The notes under the pieces are model-generated. The model had not been told where the DNA came from, did no database searches, and was given only the letters and a program-made list of their open reading frames with translations. A DNA stretch of 46,762 nucleotides from assembly GCA_045534215.1 (NCBI GenBank), contig JAZSJG010000077.1, positions 1 to 46,762 of the forward strand, in the 5' to 3' direction. The translations under genes and the position numbers were made by a program. The DNA is from Eubacteriales bacterium (GTDB lineage: Bacteria; Bacillota; Clostridia; Oscillospirales; CAG-272). Below, piece by piece: positions 18,085-27,603 of the stretch (positions within the stretch are counted from its first letter, which is position 1; each line of letters starts with the position of its first letter).

Positions 18085-19185
18085 TTACCTCTCTTTTTTA
18101 GCTATATAGTCCGTTCCAAATCTTGTAATTAAAAGGTCTGATACCGATATCGCAAGAATTGCGTCAACTACCGAGCGCGCTCTGTGAAGTATGGCGGGGT
18201 CGTGTCTACCCTTTATTTGTAATTTTTCATTAGTCATTGTTTTTAGATTTACTGTATTTTGCTCCTTGAAAATCGAAGGAGTGGGTTTCATAGCAACACG
18301 CACGGTAAGCGGCATGCCGTTTGTAATTCCACCGTTAATTCCACCGTTATGGTTGGTTGTTGTTACGACTGTTCCATTCTTTATTTTAAACTGGTCGTTT
18401 GCTTCGCTGCCAAATAAATCTGCAAACCCGAATCCCTCTCCGAATTCTACACCCTTTACACCGGGAATGGAAAAAAGAGCATGAGAGAGTAGACTTTCAA
18501 CACTGTCAAAAAAGGGTTCTCCAACGCCGCACGGTATTCCTGTTATAACGCTTTCAAGAATTCCGCCAACACTGTCGCCAAGGCGTCTTGCACCCTCAAT
18601 TTCCTCTTTCATCTTTTCTTCTGCCTGAGGGTCAAGGGCGGGAAAATCCTTTTCACTTAATAGTGAAATATCATCCTTATATACATCAAAGGGTCTATCT
18701 GATATTCCGTGAAGCATTGATATATGCGTACCTATCTCAATGCCAATGCTTTTAAGAGCGGATTCAAGAATTGCACCCGCTGCAACCAAAGCCGCAGTTA
18801 TTCTGCCTGAAAAATGCCCACCGCCGCGATAGTCCTGGAAGCCGTGATATTTGCACTCTGCTGAATAATCCGCATGGGAGGGACGAGGCATAATTTTCAA
18901 ATCTGAGTAATCCTTGCTGTTTGTATTAACGTTTGGAATAATTATTGTAAGGGGAGTTCCGGTCGTAAAGCCGTTAAATACACCGCTTACAATCTTGTAT
19001 TCGTCCGGCTCAACTCTTGCGGTTGAAAGATTATTTTTTGGGCGTCGTTGCAAAAGACGCTTTTCTATATTATCATAGTCAATTCTTATACCCGGAGCTA
19101 TTCCGTCAATAACGGCACCAATCATGTCCGAATGGCTTTCTCCAAAAAGTGTGAGAGTTAGATTGTTTCCGTATACGTTTTTCAT
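18085..19185 (-). CDS. aroC: Chorismate synthase
   Basis: LTLFGESHS, RPSHADY, GGGHFSGR, GRHDPAI. Confidence 0.93.
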   Translation of the reverse strand: MKNVYGNNLTLTLFGESHSDMIGAVIDGIAPGIRIDYDNIEKRLLQRRPKNNLSTARVEPDEYKIVSGVFNGFTTGTPLTIIIPNVNTNSKDYSDLKIMPRPSHADYSAECKYHGFQDYRGGGHFSGRITAALVAAGAILESALKSIGIEIGTHISMLHGISDRPFDVYKDDISLLSEKDFPALDPQAEEKMKEEIEGARRLGDSVGGILESVITGIPCGVGEPFFDSVESLLSHALFSIPGVKGVEFGEGFGFADLFGSEANDQFKIKNGTVVTTTNHNGGINGGITNGMPLTVRVAMKPTPSIFKEQNTVNLKTMTNEKLQIKGRHDPAILHRARSVVDAILAISVSDLLITRFGTDYIAKKER

Positions 19186-19202
19186 TTTTCGACTCCTTTT
19201 TA

Positions 19203-20234
19203 TCAGATAAGAGTAGTTACATTTTTACGTACAAGATAAGAAAAATCTTCAAAATTATATTTTTTTATTTCATAAGTGCCAACCTTGTCAACGTAAATTA
19301 CGTCGATAAGGCCGCCTTCTCTTTTCTTGTCATAAGCGGCAAATGAAAGTGCCTTTTCAATATCAGTGTCGATTTTTGTCGGAAGAGCGATTTTCTTATA
19401 GATTGGTATAAGACGCTCTCTTATATCCGGCGAGCACATGGACAGCATACCAAGAGCAACGCATTCTCCGTGATAAAGTGCCTCTTCGGCCTCGTTTTGC
19501 ATTGCCTCTATCCCGTGTCCGAGAGTATGTCCGAAATTAAGAACCTTTCTTAAGCCGAGCTCTTTCTCGTCCTTTTCAACAACCGTTTTCTTTATCTTAA
19601 GTGAAGAGAGAATGATCTTTTCAATATTTTTTTCTCCGATTTCCTCGTCCTCAAACACCTTGAAAAGAGAAGCGTCAAAGGTCAGCGCCATTTTCAGTGC
19701 TTCAGCAAGCCCTGCACTAATTAATCTTTTGGGTAAGGTCTTTAAGGTATCGGTATCTATCAATACGTGCTTTGGCTGATAGAATGTTCCTACTATATTT
19801 TTTATACCCTTAAAATTTATTGCTGTTTTTCCGCCGATGGAAGAGTCCACTTGGGACAAAAGTGTAGTGGGAATATTGTAAAAATCAACACCTCGCATGT
19901 AAAGAGATGCTGCAAGTCCTGTAAGGTCACCAACAACCCCTCCACCGACGGCAACTGCACAGTCACGTCTTGTCAATCCGAAATCAAGCATTGCACAGAG
20001 CAAATCTTCAAGCACGGCAATGCTCTTTGATGCTTCGCCTTGATTTACGGTGAAAATTACGGCATCTTTAGATGAGTTTTTGATTTTTTCGGCATATTCG
20101 CTTGGTACACCTGTGTCGGTAACTATAAAAACCCTTCTATTCAGGTTCAAAATCTCATTTGCTCTGGTCAAAATTGAATTTCCAACGGTAATCTGATAGC
20201 TGCGCTTATCAAGATTGACGGTTAAAGTGCTCAT
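19203..20234 (-). CDS. aroB: 3-dehydroquinate synthase
   Basis: AVGGGVVGDLTG, DSSIGGKTAIN, NFGHTLGHGIE. Confidence 0.9.
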   Translation of the reverse strand: MSTLTVNLDKRSYQITVGNSILTRANEILNLNRRVFIVTDTGVPSEYAEKIKNSSKDAVIFTVNQGEASKSIAVLEDLLCAMLDFGLTRRDCAVAVGGGVVGDLTGLAASLYMRGVDFYNIPTTLLSQVDSSIGGKTAINFKGIKNIVGTFYQPKHVLIDTDTLKTLPKRLISAGLAEALKMALTFDASLFKVFEDEEIGEKNIEKIILSSLKIKKTVVEKDEKELGLRKVLNFGHTLGHGIEAMQNEAEEALYHGECVALGMLSMCSPDIRERLIPIYKKIALPTKIDTDIEKALSFAAYDKKREGGLIDVIYVDKVGTYEIKKYNFEDFSYLVRKNVTTLI

Positions 20235-20249
20235 AATTACCTCCGAATA

Positions 20250-21335
20250 TTATTCCTTAATGAAGCTTCCAAGGGATTTTAAGCGGTCACAGTATTCCTT
20301 TAGCTCACTCATCATTGCCATTCCCTCGGGTGTGCGGACGTTGCCTTCTGCTTCAACGTAAAAATAGTATTGCCACAACAGCTCTTTCATGGGTCTGCTG
20401 CGTAGAGAACGCATGTTAAATCCGTGCTTACCGATAATTTCAATAGCTTTGGCAAGCGCCCCCGCTTCGTTTCTTACGGTAAACAGAAGAATTGTATGTA
20501 CTCCCATCTCCTTTGATGAAAGATTGTTTTCAGCTCTTGTAAATACCGCAAAGCGAGTTGTGTTGCTGCGGCTTTCATTTATATTCTTCTCAAGCACCGT
20601 AAGACCAAAAATTTCCGCTGCCTCGGCACTTGCAATAGCTGCGAGAGATTTGTCCGAGCGCTCTGCTACATATTTGGCTGCCAGGGCAGTGTTGGTATAT
20701 TCTCTTTGTATAAAACCGTTGCGTTTAAGGTATTCAGCACATTGACCGAGTGCTTGCGGGTGGCTTACAACCTCTTTTATATCGGCAAGAGTAGCACCGG
20801 GTACCACGAGTAAATCCTGTGTAACTGCAAGCTCAAGCATTCCGTTTATATAAAGCTGACCGCTGAACATCAGGTCGGTAACCTGCCCAACCTCTCCGTT
20901 ATAACTGTTTTCAAGAGGTAACACTGCAGCATCACATTCTCCGTTTTCTACTGCATGGTAAGCGTCTGAAAAATAATTGTATGCTACGGTCTTCGAGCTA
21001 GGAAAAAGCTTCTTCGTAGCAATATGAGCAAAAGCTCCCTCTGTACCGCAAAAAGCAACCCGCATTCCTTCATGAAGCTTGGTTTGATAGCTTCGCGAAA
21101 TTTCCATCGTCGACTTCAAAAAGTTTACGTAGTATTCTCTTAATTCCTTCTGCTCGACAAGGGATGAATTGCGTCTTATAACCTCTTCTTCTCTTGCTGT
21201 ATCGAGAATTTTAAGTCCATGCTCTTTTTTATATTCTGCAACCTCTTTGCATGCACTCATTCTTTCAACAAAAAGCTTTGCCATTTTTCTATCTACTTCG
21301 TTAATTTTCTTTCTTGCGTTTTCAAGTGAATTCAT
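20250..21335 (-). CDS. pheA: Bifunctional chorismate mutase / prephenate dehydratase (P-protein) with ACT domain
   Basis: N-terminal AroQ-type CM helix (INEVDRKMAKLFVERM). PDT core (VAFCGTEGAFAH...ENSYNGEV...SHPQAL, TRF). C-terminal ACT domain (LLFTVRNEAGALA). Confidence 0.9.
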   Translation of the reverse strand: MNSLENARKKINEVDRKMAKLFVERMSACKEVAEYKKEHGLKILDTAREEEVIRRNSSLVEQKELREYYVNFLKSTMEISRSYQTKLHEGMRVAFCGTEGAFAHIATKKLFPSSKTVAYNYFSDAYHAVENGECDAAVLPLENSYNGEVGQVTDLMFSGQLYINGMLELAVTQDLLVVPGATLADIKEVVSHPQALGQCAEYLKRNGFIQREYTNTALAAKYVAERSDKSLAAIASAEAAEIFGLTVLEKNINESRSNTTRFAVFTRAENNLSSKEMGVHTILLFTVRNEAGALAKAIEIIGKHGFNMRSLRSRPMKELLWQYYFYVEAEGNVRTPEGMAMMSELKEYCDRLKSLGSFIKE

Positions 21336-21340
21336 ATAGC

Positions 21341-22534
21341 TTATTCCTCGTATAACTTTTTAAGCGCCTTAAATGCAGGCAATGCTCGTATTATTCGTTC
21401 AGTATCAACACAGTATGCGATTCTTACGTATCCCTTACAGCCAAAGTCATCGCTCGGGACTAAGAGTAAGTTAAAACGTTTTGCATTTTCGGAGAATTTT
21501 ATGCTATCCTCTTCAAGTGCCTTGACAAAAAGATAAAAAGCTCCGTCCGGTCGGACAACCTCATAGCCGTATTCGGTAAGCGCTGTAAGAAGTAGCTTCC
21601 TGTTTTTGTCATATATGGAAATGTCTGCCATCTTTCCGAGAAGAGTCGGGATAAGTTTTTGTAAAAGACTTGGAGCGCATACGTATCCAAGCGCCCTTGC
21701 AGCACCGGATATCGCTTGATAAACAGAATCGAAATTATCCATCCTCGGAGAGACGAGTACGTATCCTATTCTCTCACCGGGAATTGATAAAACCTTGCTG
21801 TACGAATAGCAAATTATACTGTTGTCGTAAAGCTTTGGAATATATGGGGGCTTTTTATCACAGTATACAAGCTCACGGTATGGCTCGTCTGAAATCAAAT
21901 AAATAGGATGCGAAAACTCCTTTTCTTTTTCTCTTAATACTTCGCACAATGCGACAAGATTTTCCTCCGGATAAACTGCGCCTGTCGGATTGTTAGGAGA
22001 ATTTATTATTATGGCAGCGGTACTCTCGTTAATTGCCTTTTCAATAGCGGCTACATCGAGCATAAAGTTATTGGGAGTGCACATAACCTCCCTCACTTTC
22101 GCACCGGCATGCTCGGCAAAAACCTTGTACTCAGGAAAATAAGGTGCAGGAATAATAATTTCTTCACCCGGATTGAGAATAGCACCAAAGGTTGAAGTAA
22201 GAGATGCAGCAGCCCCGACTGTGAGATATAAACAATCGGCACTAACCACAATGCCCTCATTATTGCTGATATGCTCGGCAATAGCGCGTCTGACCTCAAA
22301 ATCACCGGCCGCGGAGGTATATCCATGTAAGGTTACGGGGTTTTCGTTCCTTACAAGCTGAGTTATATTTTCACTAAGCTCACTCGGTGCAGGAACACTT
22401 GGATTTCCAAGCGAAAAGTCGAAAATATTTTCTTCACCGATTTCCGCTTTTTTTATTCTTCCATATTCAAAAAGCTCTCTTATAACCGAACGCTTTGCTC
22501 CTAAAAGGCGCATCTTTTCATTAATCATGTTCAA
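21341..22534 (-). CDS. Class I/II PLP-dependent aminotransferase (aspartate/aromatic type)
   Basis: SLGNPSV, INSPNNPTG, and SYSKVLSIPGERIGY (PLP lysine). It is the first gene of the aro operon. Confidence 0.85.
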   Translation of the reverse strand: MNMINEKMRLLGAKRSVIRELFEYGRIKKAEIGEENIFDFSLGNPSVPAPSELSENITQLVRNENPVTLHGYTSAAGDFEVRRAIAEHISNNEGIVVSADCLYLTVGAAASLTSTFGAILNPGEEIIIPAPYFPEYKVFAEHAGAKVREVMCTPNNFMLDVAAIEKAINESTAAIIINSPNNPTGAVYPEENLVALCEVLREKEKEFSHPIYLISDEPYRELVYCDKKPPYIPKLYDNSIICYSYSKVLSIPGERIGYVLVSPRMDNFDSVYQAISGAARALGYVCAPSLLQKLIPTLLGKMADISIYDKNRKLLLTALTEYGYEVVRPDGAFYLFVKALEEDSIKFSENAKRFNLLLVPSDDFGCKGYVRIAYCVDTERIIRALPAFKALKKLYEE

Positions 22535-22548
22535 ACCTCAACACGTTA

Positions 22549-22565
22549 TGTTAACACTGTTAACA
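22549..22565. promoter_or_regulatory. Candidate operator: tandem palindromic octamers TGTTAACA-c-TGTTAACA
   Basis: Read directly: TGTTAACA at 22549-22556 and again at 22558-22565. Each octamer is self-complementary. The site lies between the predicted aro promoter and the aminotransferase start codon, in the region shared with the divergent TetR gene. Confidence 0.3.
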
Positions 22566-22581
22566 CAGATTGTATGTATAT

Positions 22582-22610
22582 ATTATATATATAAAATGTG
22601 CACAAGTCAA
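22582..22610 (-). promoter_or_regulatory. Sigma-A-type promoter of the aromatic supraoperon
   Basis: On the minus strand: TTGACT (22605-22610), a 17-nt spacer, then TATAAT (22582-22587). Confidence 0.55.
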
Positions 22611-22651
22611 TACTTCTTGGAAATAAATTTGCGTCAATTTATAAAAAGCAC

Positions 22652-22680
22652 TTGTGCGATACGGCAATATGTGGTAGAAT
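22652..22680 (+). promoter_or_regulatory. Candidate promoter of the TetR gene
   Basis: TTGTGC (22652-22657), a 17-nt spacer ending in TGG, then TAGAAT (22675-22680). An SD (GGAGGGG) precedes the ATG at 22708. Confidence 0.4.
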
Positions 22681-22707
22681 ACTCATATCAAAAGCTTCGG
22701 AGGGGTT

Positions 22708-23256
22708 ATGGAGGATACATATGTAGAAAATAGCGTCAGAACGCGCCTCATACTTGCAGGTATAAATGAAATTCGCGATCATGGAATAAAGGATTTTTCC
22801 TTGCGTCGCGCTGCACTTAGTGCAGAGGTGTCCTGCGCTGCACCCTACCGCCATTTCAAAAACAAAGAGGAATTTATAAGCGAAATTGTAAAATATATTG
22901 CTGCAAAATGGAATTTGCTCTGCAAGGAAATATATAGGGTTTATGAAAACAACACTCGCCAGCTTTTGATTGAGCTTGCCGTTGCAGAGTTAAGGTTTTG
23001 GGTCGCAAACCCGAACTTCCGTTCGGTTCTTGTGCTTCTTGATGCGAAGCTTGTGTCAGAATCCTTTGAGCACCTTCTTTTTGAGGTGTTGGATAAATAT
23101 TGTAAGCAAACCGGTCAGCAAGATATAATACGGTTAAAAATATATTTTGTGAGAGCTATTATTTACGGAACACTCACTTTAATCGAGGATGGAGAGGAAG
23201 CACCGGATTTTTATATCGCTGCTTTTCGAGAAAAGCTTGAAAAGGAATTTGAATAA
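22708..23256 (+). CDS. TetR/AcrR-family transcriptional regulator
   Basis: N-terminal HTH region RTRLILAGINEIRDHGIKDFSLRRAALSAEVSCAAPYRHFKNKEE. About 180 aa, helical C-terminus. Confidence 0.85.
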   Translation: MEDTYVENSVRTRLILAGINEIRDHGIKDFSLRRAALSAEVSCAAPYRHFKNKEEFISEIVKYIAAKWNLLCKEIYRVYENNTRQLLIELAVAELRFWVANPNFRSVLVLLDAKLVSESFEHLLFEVLDKYCKQTGQQDIIRLKIYFVRAIIYGTLTLIEDGEEAPDFYIAAFREKLEKEFE

Positions 23257-23270
23257 TTAAAATTCTCATA

Positions 23271-23318
23271 AAAACGGAACGGTTACCGCAAAACAAGTCG
23301 GTGTACCGTTCCGTTTTT
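23271..23318. terminator. Bidirectional terminator between the convergent TetR and permease genes
   Basis: AAAACGGAACGGTA (23271-23284) / TACCGTTCCGTTTT (23304-23317). The A/T runs are part of the arms. Confidence 0.75.
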
Positions 23319-23320
23319 AT

Positions 23321-24427
23321 TTATTGAAAGAAAGAGGAAAACAGAATAAGTATAATGAGAAATGCAAAATTGAAAAGTGTAAACTTAACAATATAAGCAA
23401 ATACGTGCGCGGGGTCTTGCTTGGAGTATTCCTTAAAGGTAATTAAGCTTGCAAGAGAAGCAATCATAGTTCCTGCACCACCGATATTCACACCAAGCAG
23501 AAGCTCTTTGTAATTGTCAGTGAATTGCGAGAGAAGTATAGCCGACGGGACATTGCTGATAATCTGACAGGACAAGGCGCTGAAAATTAAAGTGTTTTTT
23601 TCAAGTAAAAAGGAGAAAAAATCACGTACGGCATCTATTCTTGCCATGTTGCCCGAAAAAATAAAGAAGAAAAAGAATGTCAGAAGCAAGGAGTAATCTA
23701 CAGCTAAAAGCGCTCGCCTGTCAAGTATCAATATTGATAAAAGAATAATACCAAGCCCAATAAGATAGTGTACCGTGTTAAAAACTATAAGTATGGAGAG
23801 CGCAAACAGCAGAAGATACGCACCCGTTCTCATGACGGGCAGGGTGGCTGCCTTTTCGTTTACAACAAGCGGCTCGGATTTGACAAATATAAGACAGCAA
23901 ATTGTTATAAGCAGAACGGAAAGGAGGAACGGAGGGAACATAATTGTTAAAAATTCCGCATCTGGTATATTGAATTTTGAATAAAGATATAGGTTTTGAG
24001 GATTGCCAAACGGTGTCAGCATGCCGCCAAGATTTGCGGCAATATTTTGCATAATAAAGGTGAAAGCCATGTATTTTTCTTTGCCTGTTGTATGCAAAAT
24101 AAAATATCCAAGAGGCAGAAACGTTAAAAGTGCCATGTCATTGGCTATAAGCATTGAACCTATAAAAGTGATATAAACCAATACGAGAATTGAAATTTTC
24201 GCATTTCTGAAGCAACGTATTATAGCTTTTGCCACCGTGTAGAAAAATCTTATATTTCTAAGTGCGCAAACTACCGCGAGTACGCAAAATAAGCACGTAA
24301 GAGTTTTGAAATCAAAATAAGTAATATACTCTCTGTCAGGCGGGACAATTAAAGAGGTTACAAGAGCCGCGAACGCGGCAATAATCATAACAATATTTGC
24401 TTTTGTGAAATTAATTATCCTTCTCAT
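23321..24427 (-). CDS. Polytopic anion permease, ArsB/NhaD (CitMHS/SLC13-like) superfamily
   Basis: About 10-11 hydrophobic helices, with NIAANLGGMLTPFGNPQNL and GVNIGGAGTMIASLA hairpin-like motifs typical of this superfamily. The substrate cannot be inferred. Confidence 0.55.
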   Translation of the reverse strand: MRRIINFTKANIVMIIAAFAALVTSLIVPPDREYITYFDFKTLTCLFCVLAVVCALRNIRFFYTVAKAIIRCFRNAKISILVLVYITFIGSMLIANDMALLTFLPLGYFILHTTGKEKYMAFTFIMQNIAANLGGMLTPFGNPQNLYLYSKFNIPDAEFLTIMFPPFLLSVLLITICCLIFVKSEPLVVNEKAATLPVMRTGAYLLLFALSILIVFNTVHYLIGLGIILLSILILDRRALLAVDYSLLLTFFFFFIFSGNMARIDAVRDFFSFLLEKNTLIFSALSCQIISNVPSAILLSQFTDNYKELLLGVNIGGAGTMIASLASLITFKEYSKQDPAHVFAYIVKFTLFNFAFLIILILFSSFFQ

Positions 24428-24531
24428 ATAATCATCCTTGGAAAAATGTCGAGTACAATTTTATCACTTTTTATACAAAAAAACAAGAGAAATTCAAAAT
24501 AAATTAATGTGAAAGAGAAAAGCTGTTATGT

Positions 24532-24568
24532 AAAAGGGCAATTCGCAAAAAGCGAATTGCCCTTTTTT
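24532..24568 (-). terminator. Intrinsic terminator after trkH
   Basis: GGGCAATTCGC (24536-24546), loop AAAAA, GCGAATTGCCC (24552-24562), flanked by A/T runs on both sides. Confidence 0.7.
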
Positions 24569-24575
24569 AGTAGGA

Positions 24576-26009
24576 TTATTTTTTCCATGTAGACGGAGTG
24601 AATAATACAAGCATGGGGAACAGCTCAAGTCGTCCTGCAAGCATATCAAATATGAGAACAAGCTTGGAGGGAACAGAAAAGAATCCGAAATTGCCGTATG
24701 GACCGACAAGCTCAAGTCCGGGTCCGATGTTGTTCATTGCAGAGGCAACGGCTGTAAAATTGGTTATTAAGTCGTATTCTTCGAATGACAGTGCAACAAC
24801 CGAGAAGAAAAATATTGCTACAAAGCATATTATAAATGAGTTAACCGAGCGAACGACCTCGTGAGGTATAGTTCTGGAATCAACTGAAATCTTTTTTACC
24901 TGACGCGGATTTATAGCCATTTTAAGTTCTCTTGCCATGCCCTTAAGGAGAATAACAAACCTTGAAATCTTAATACCGCCGCCGGTGCTTCCGGCGCAAG
25001 CGCCTATAAACATTAAGGCAACAATAAATGTTCTCGACAGCTCAGGCCAAAGGTTGAAGTCAACCGTCGAAAATCCCGTTGTGGAAATTATGGTAACGAC
25101 CGTAAACGATGCATGCTTAATAGCTTCTGCGATAGAATTAAATCCTGAATGGATGTCAATTGTGATTACGGTAATTGCAATAATTACAACAGCAAAAAAG
25201 ACCTTAACCTCTGTATTGAACGCGTCCTTCAATTTTCCTTTAATAAGCAGGAAGTAGGAGTTGAAGTTGATTGAAAAGAGAAACATGAATACTGTAGCCG
25301 CTATTTGTATAAAGGATGAGTAAGAATTAAAGCTGTCGTTTTTAATAGAAAATCCGCCCGTTCCCGCTACGGAAAAAGAAATGTTAATTGCCTCAAAGAA
25401 CGTTGCTCCGCCAATCAAATAAATGATAAACTGTATTACCGTCAAGGAAATATAGATGACGTAAAGCAATAGGGCTGTTGTCTTTACCTTAGGAACAAGC
25501 TTCGAAACCGAGGGACCCGGGCTCTCCGCTTTCATAATGTTCATATTGTGAGCGCCGCCAAGCGGAAGGAAAGCCATAATAAAGACCAGAACTCCCATAC
25601 CGCCTATCCAGTTGGTAAATGAACGCCAAATCAGGATGCATTTTGGCAAAGATTCAACTGCGTTGAAAATCGATGCTCCGGTAGTCGTAAATCCCGAAAC
25701 GGTTTCGAATAGCGCATCTGCAAAATTGGTTGTGACACCCGAAAACATAAAGGGAAGTGCGCCGAAAAGACTAAGAGCAATCCAGCTTAAAGCAACAATG
25801 ACAAATCCGTCCTTGGCGTACAGATTTTTCGAGGCAGGCGGCTTTAGAACCAAAAGCGTTCCGATAAGCGCTGCGGCGGCCATCGCACCGAGAAAAGCAA
25901 GAGTTGCAAGCTCAAGAAAGCATAAACCGGTAATCAGGGGAACAAGGAAAAATCCGGCTTCGAAAATTAACAGCCAGCCGATAGTATACTTTATCATACC
26001 GTAATTCAT
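24576..26009 (-). CDS. trkH: TrkH/KtrB-family K+ transporter membrane subunit
   Basis: Repeated selectivity-filter-like MPM motifs: SGFTTTGAS, AGTGGFS, STTGFST, ACAGSTGGGIK. Confidence 0.9.
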   Translation of the reverse strand: MNYGMIKYTIGWLLIFEAGFFLVPLITGLCFLELATLAFLGAMAAAALIGTLLVLKPPASKNLYAKDGFVIVALSWIALSLFGALPFMFSGVTTNFADALFETVSGFTTTGASIFNAVESLPKCILIWRSFTNWIGGMGVLVFIMAFLPLGGAHNMNIMKAESPGPSVSKLVPKVKTTALLLYVIYISLTVIQFIIYLIGGATFFEAINISFSVAGTGGFSIKNDSFNSYSSFIQIAATVFMFLFSINFNSYFLLIKGKLKDAFNTEVKVFFAVVIIAITVITIDIHSGFNSIAEAIKHASFTVVTIISTTGFSTVDFNLWPELSRTFIVALMFIGACAGSTGGGIKISRFVILLKGMARELKMAINPRQVKKISVDSRTIPHEVVRSVNSFIICFVAIFFFSVVALSFEEYDLITNFTAVASAMNNIGPGLELVGPYGNFGFFSVPSKLVLIFDMLAGRLELFPMLVLFTPSTWKK

Positions 26010-26093
26010 ATAACCTGAATTTCTCCTTTCATATCAGTTTAAGCGCACACGGGGTGGGTTTTTTTGTGAAAATGTAAAGTTTTATTTTCAAAA

Positions 26094-27449
26094 TCAAAGC
26101 AATATATCAGCTATGTCGCGCAATCCGAGAATTTTTGTAACAATAACGACAGAATCCCCGGCTTGAATTTTATCACTTCCCCTTGGAATTATTACGGATT
26201 TGCCTCGAAGTATAGATGCGACAATAACATCTTCCTTGAATAAAATTTCAGAAATGGGAACACCAATTACAGGTGCACCCTCTCCTACCTTAAATTCGGT
26301 TGCTTCTACTTTATCTTTTATAAGGTTATACATTGTTTCTACGTTACTGCTCATAGCAGAGGTCATTGCTCTTACGTAGCGGACTATCATATCAGAGGTA
26401 ATACGCTTCGGGAAAATCACCGTGTCAAGATTTAGACGAGAGGTGATGTCGTCATACTCGGGATTATTAATGCGCGTTATAACCTTAGGGTTGTTTACGT
26501 TGTTTGCAAAGATAGAAAGGAGTATGTTTTCCTCGTCGCTCTGGCATAGAGAAACAAATGCGTCTGCCTTTGCTATTCCTTCTTCAATTAAGAGCTCCTG
26601 TTCCGTTTGAGAACCGTTTATTACGGTAACGTCGGGGTTAGAGGCGTTAAGCTCCTCGCAAAGCGAAAGGTCCTTTTCAATAACCTTAACCTGTATTCCG
26701 GAGCGTTCAAGAATCTTGCACAGGTAATGTGTGGTTTCTCCTGCACCAACTATTAAAACGTCATTTACCGAGCGACTTGAATTATTAATCTTTTTGAAAA
26801 AATTCGCTGCTTTTTTCGGTGAAGAAACAAATGACACAAGGTCGCGTTTTTCAAATCTGAAGTTTCCGTTGGCGATATATGCTTCTCCGTCGCGCTCAAC
26901 GGTACATACGAGTATGTCGCATTTGAGCTTTTTTACTATATCCGAAACTGTCATTCCTACAAGCTCACAGTCGTCGGAAATTCTGAATTTTATAAGCTCG
27001 ACGCGTCCCTTTGCAAAGGTTTCAATTCTCGTAGCCGCAGGGAATCTCAATACGCGTGATATCTCCTCTGCAGCAGCGTGCTCGGGATTTATAACCATTG
27101 CAAGACCAAGCTCATCCTTTAAGTAAGCAGACTCGGTGCTGTATTCGGGATTCTGTACCTTTGCAATAACGTGGCATTTGCCGTTCTTTTTTGCCATCAT
27201 ACAGCAAAGAAGGTTAAGTTCATCGGAATCCGTCACTGCAATCAAAAGGTCTGCTGAAGAAATCCCGGCTTCTTTAAGAACTGTATAGGTAGCTCCGTTA
27301 CCGACGACACCCATTACGTCAAATCGTGAGGTAATTGCATCTACTCTTTCCTGAGATAAATCTATAACAGTAATATCATTTCCGTCGCTGCAAAGCACTG
27401 ACGCAAGAGTTTCGCCAACCTTTCCGCAGCCAACAATAATTATGTTCAT
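26094..27449 (-). CDS. trkA: TrkA K+ uptake regulatory subunit (two RCK/NAD-binding modules)
   Basis: MNIIIVGCGKVG and a second VLIVGAGETT Rossmann motif, each followed by a TrkA-C-type domain. Confidence 0.9.
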   Translation of the reverse strand: MNIIIVGCGKVGETLASVLCSDGNDITVIDLSQERVDAITSRFDVMGVVGNGATYTVLKEAGISSADLLIAVTDSDELNLLCCMMAKKNGKCHVIAKVQNPEYSTESAYLKDELGLAMVINPEHAAAEEISRVLRFPAATRIETFAKGRVELIKFRISDDCELVGMTVSDIVKKLKCDILVCTVERDGEAYIANGNFRFEKRDLVSFVSSPKKAANFFKKINNSSRSVNDVLIVGAGETTHYLCKILERSGIQVKVIEKDLSLCEELNASNPDVTVINGSQTEQELLIEEGIAKADAFVSLCQSDEENILLSIFANNVNNPKVITRINNPEYDDITSRLNLDTVIFPKRITSDMIVRYVRAMTSAMSSNVETMYNLIKDKVEATEFKVGEGAPVIGVPISEILFKEDVIVASILRGKSVIIPRGSDKIQAGDSVVIVTKILGLRDIADILL

Positions 27450-27480
27450 AAAGCCACCGCCTTAATATATGCTAAAGGAC

Positions 27481-27509
27481 ATTATAAAACTTTTTCCTTA
27501 TTTTGTCAA
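27481..27509 (-). promoter_or_regulatory. Consensus sigma-A promoter of trkA-trkH
   Basis: On the minus strand: TTGACA (27504-27509), a 17-nt spacer, then TATAAT (27481-27486). The leader is only about 25 nt. Confidence 0.6.
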
Positions 27510-27540
27510 GGTACCATTTTGTCGCATACTGTCAGAATCT

Positions 27541-27603
27541 GAAAAAAGAAGAACAAGCGGAGTATGACGAACACCTAATGGTATCCGCCGCATCCGCTTG
27601 TTT
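27541..27603 (-). terminator. Terminator after the M3 peptidase gene
   Basis: AACAAGCGGA (27552-27561) / TCCGCTTGTT (27593-27602). On the minus strand it is followed by CTTCTTTTTTC. The loop is long (31 nt). Confidence 0.5.

Noticed and set aside
22535-22707. A possible T-box or attenuator leader for the aromatic operon.
   Set aside because: The promoter-to-ATG distance is only about 40 nt, which is too short for a T-box (over 200 nt). I found no specifier or antiterminator structures and no leader peptide rich in Phe/Tyr.
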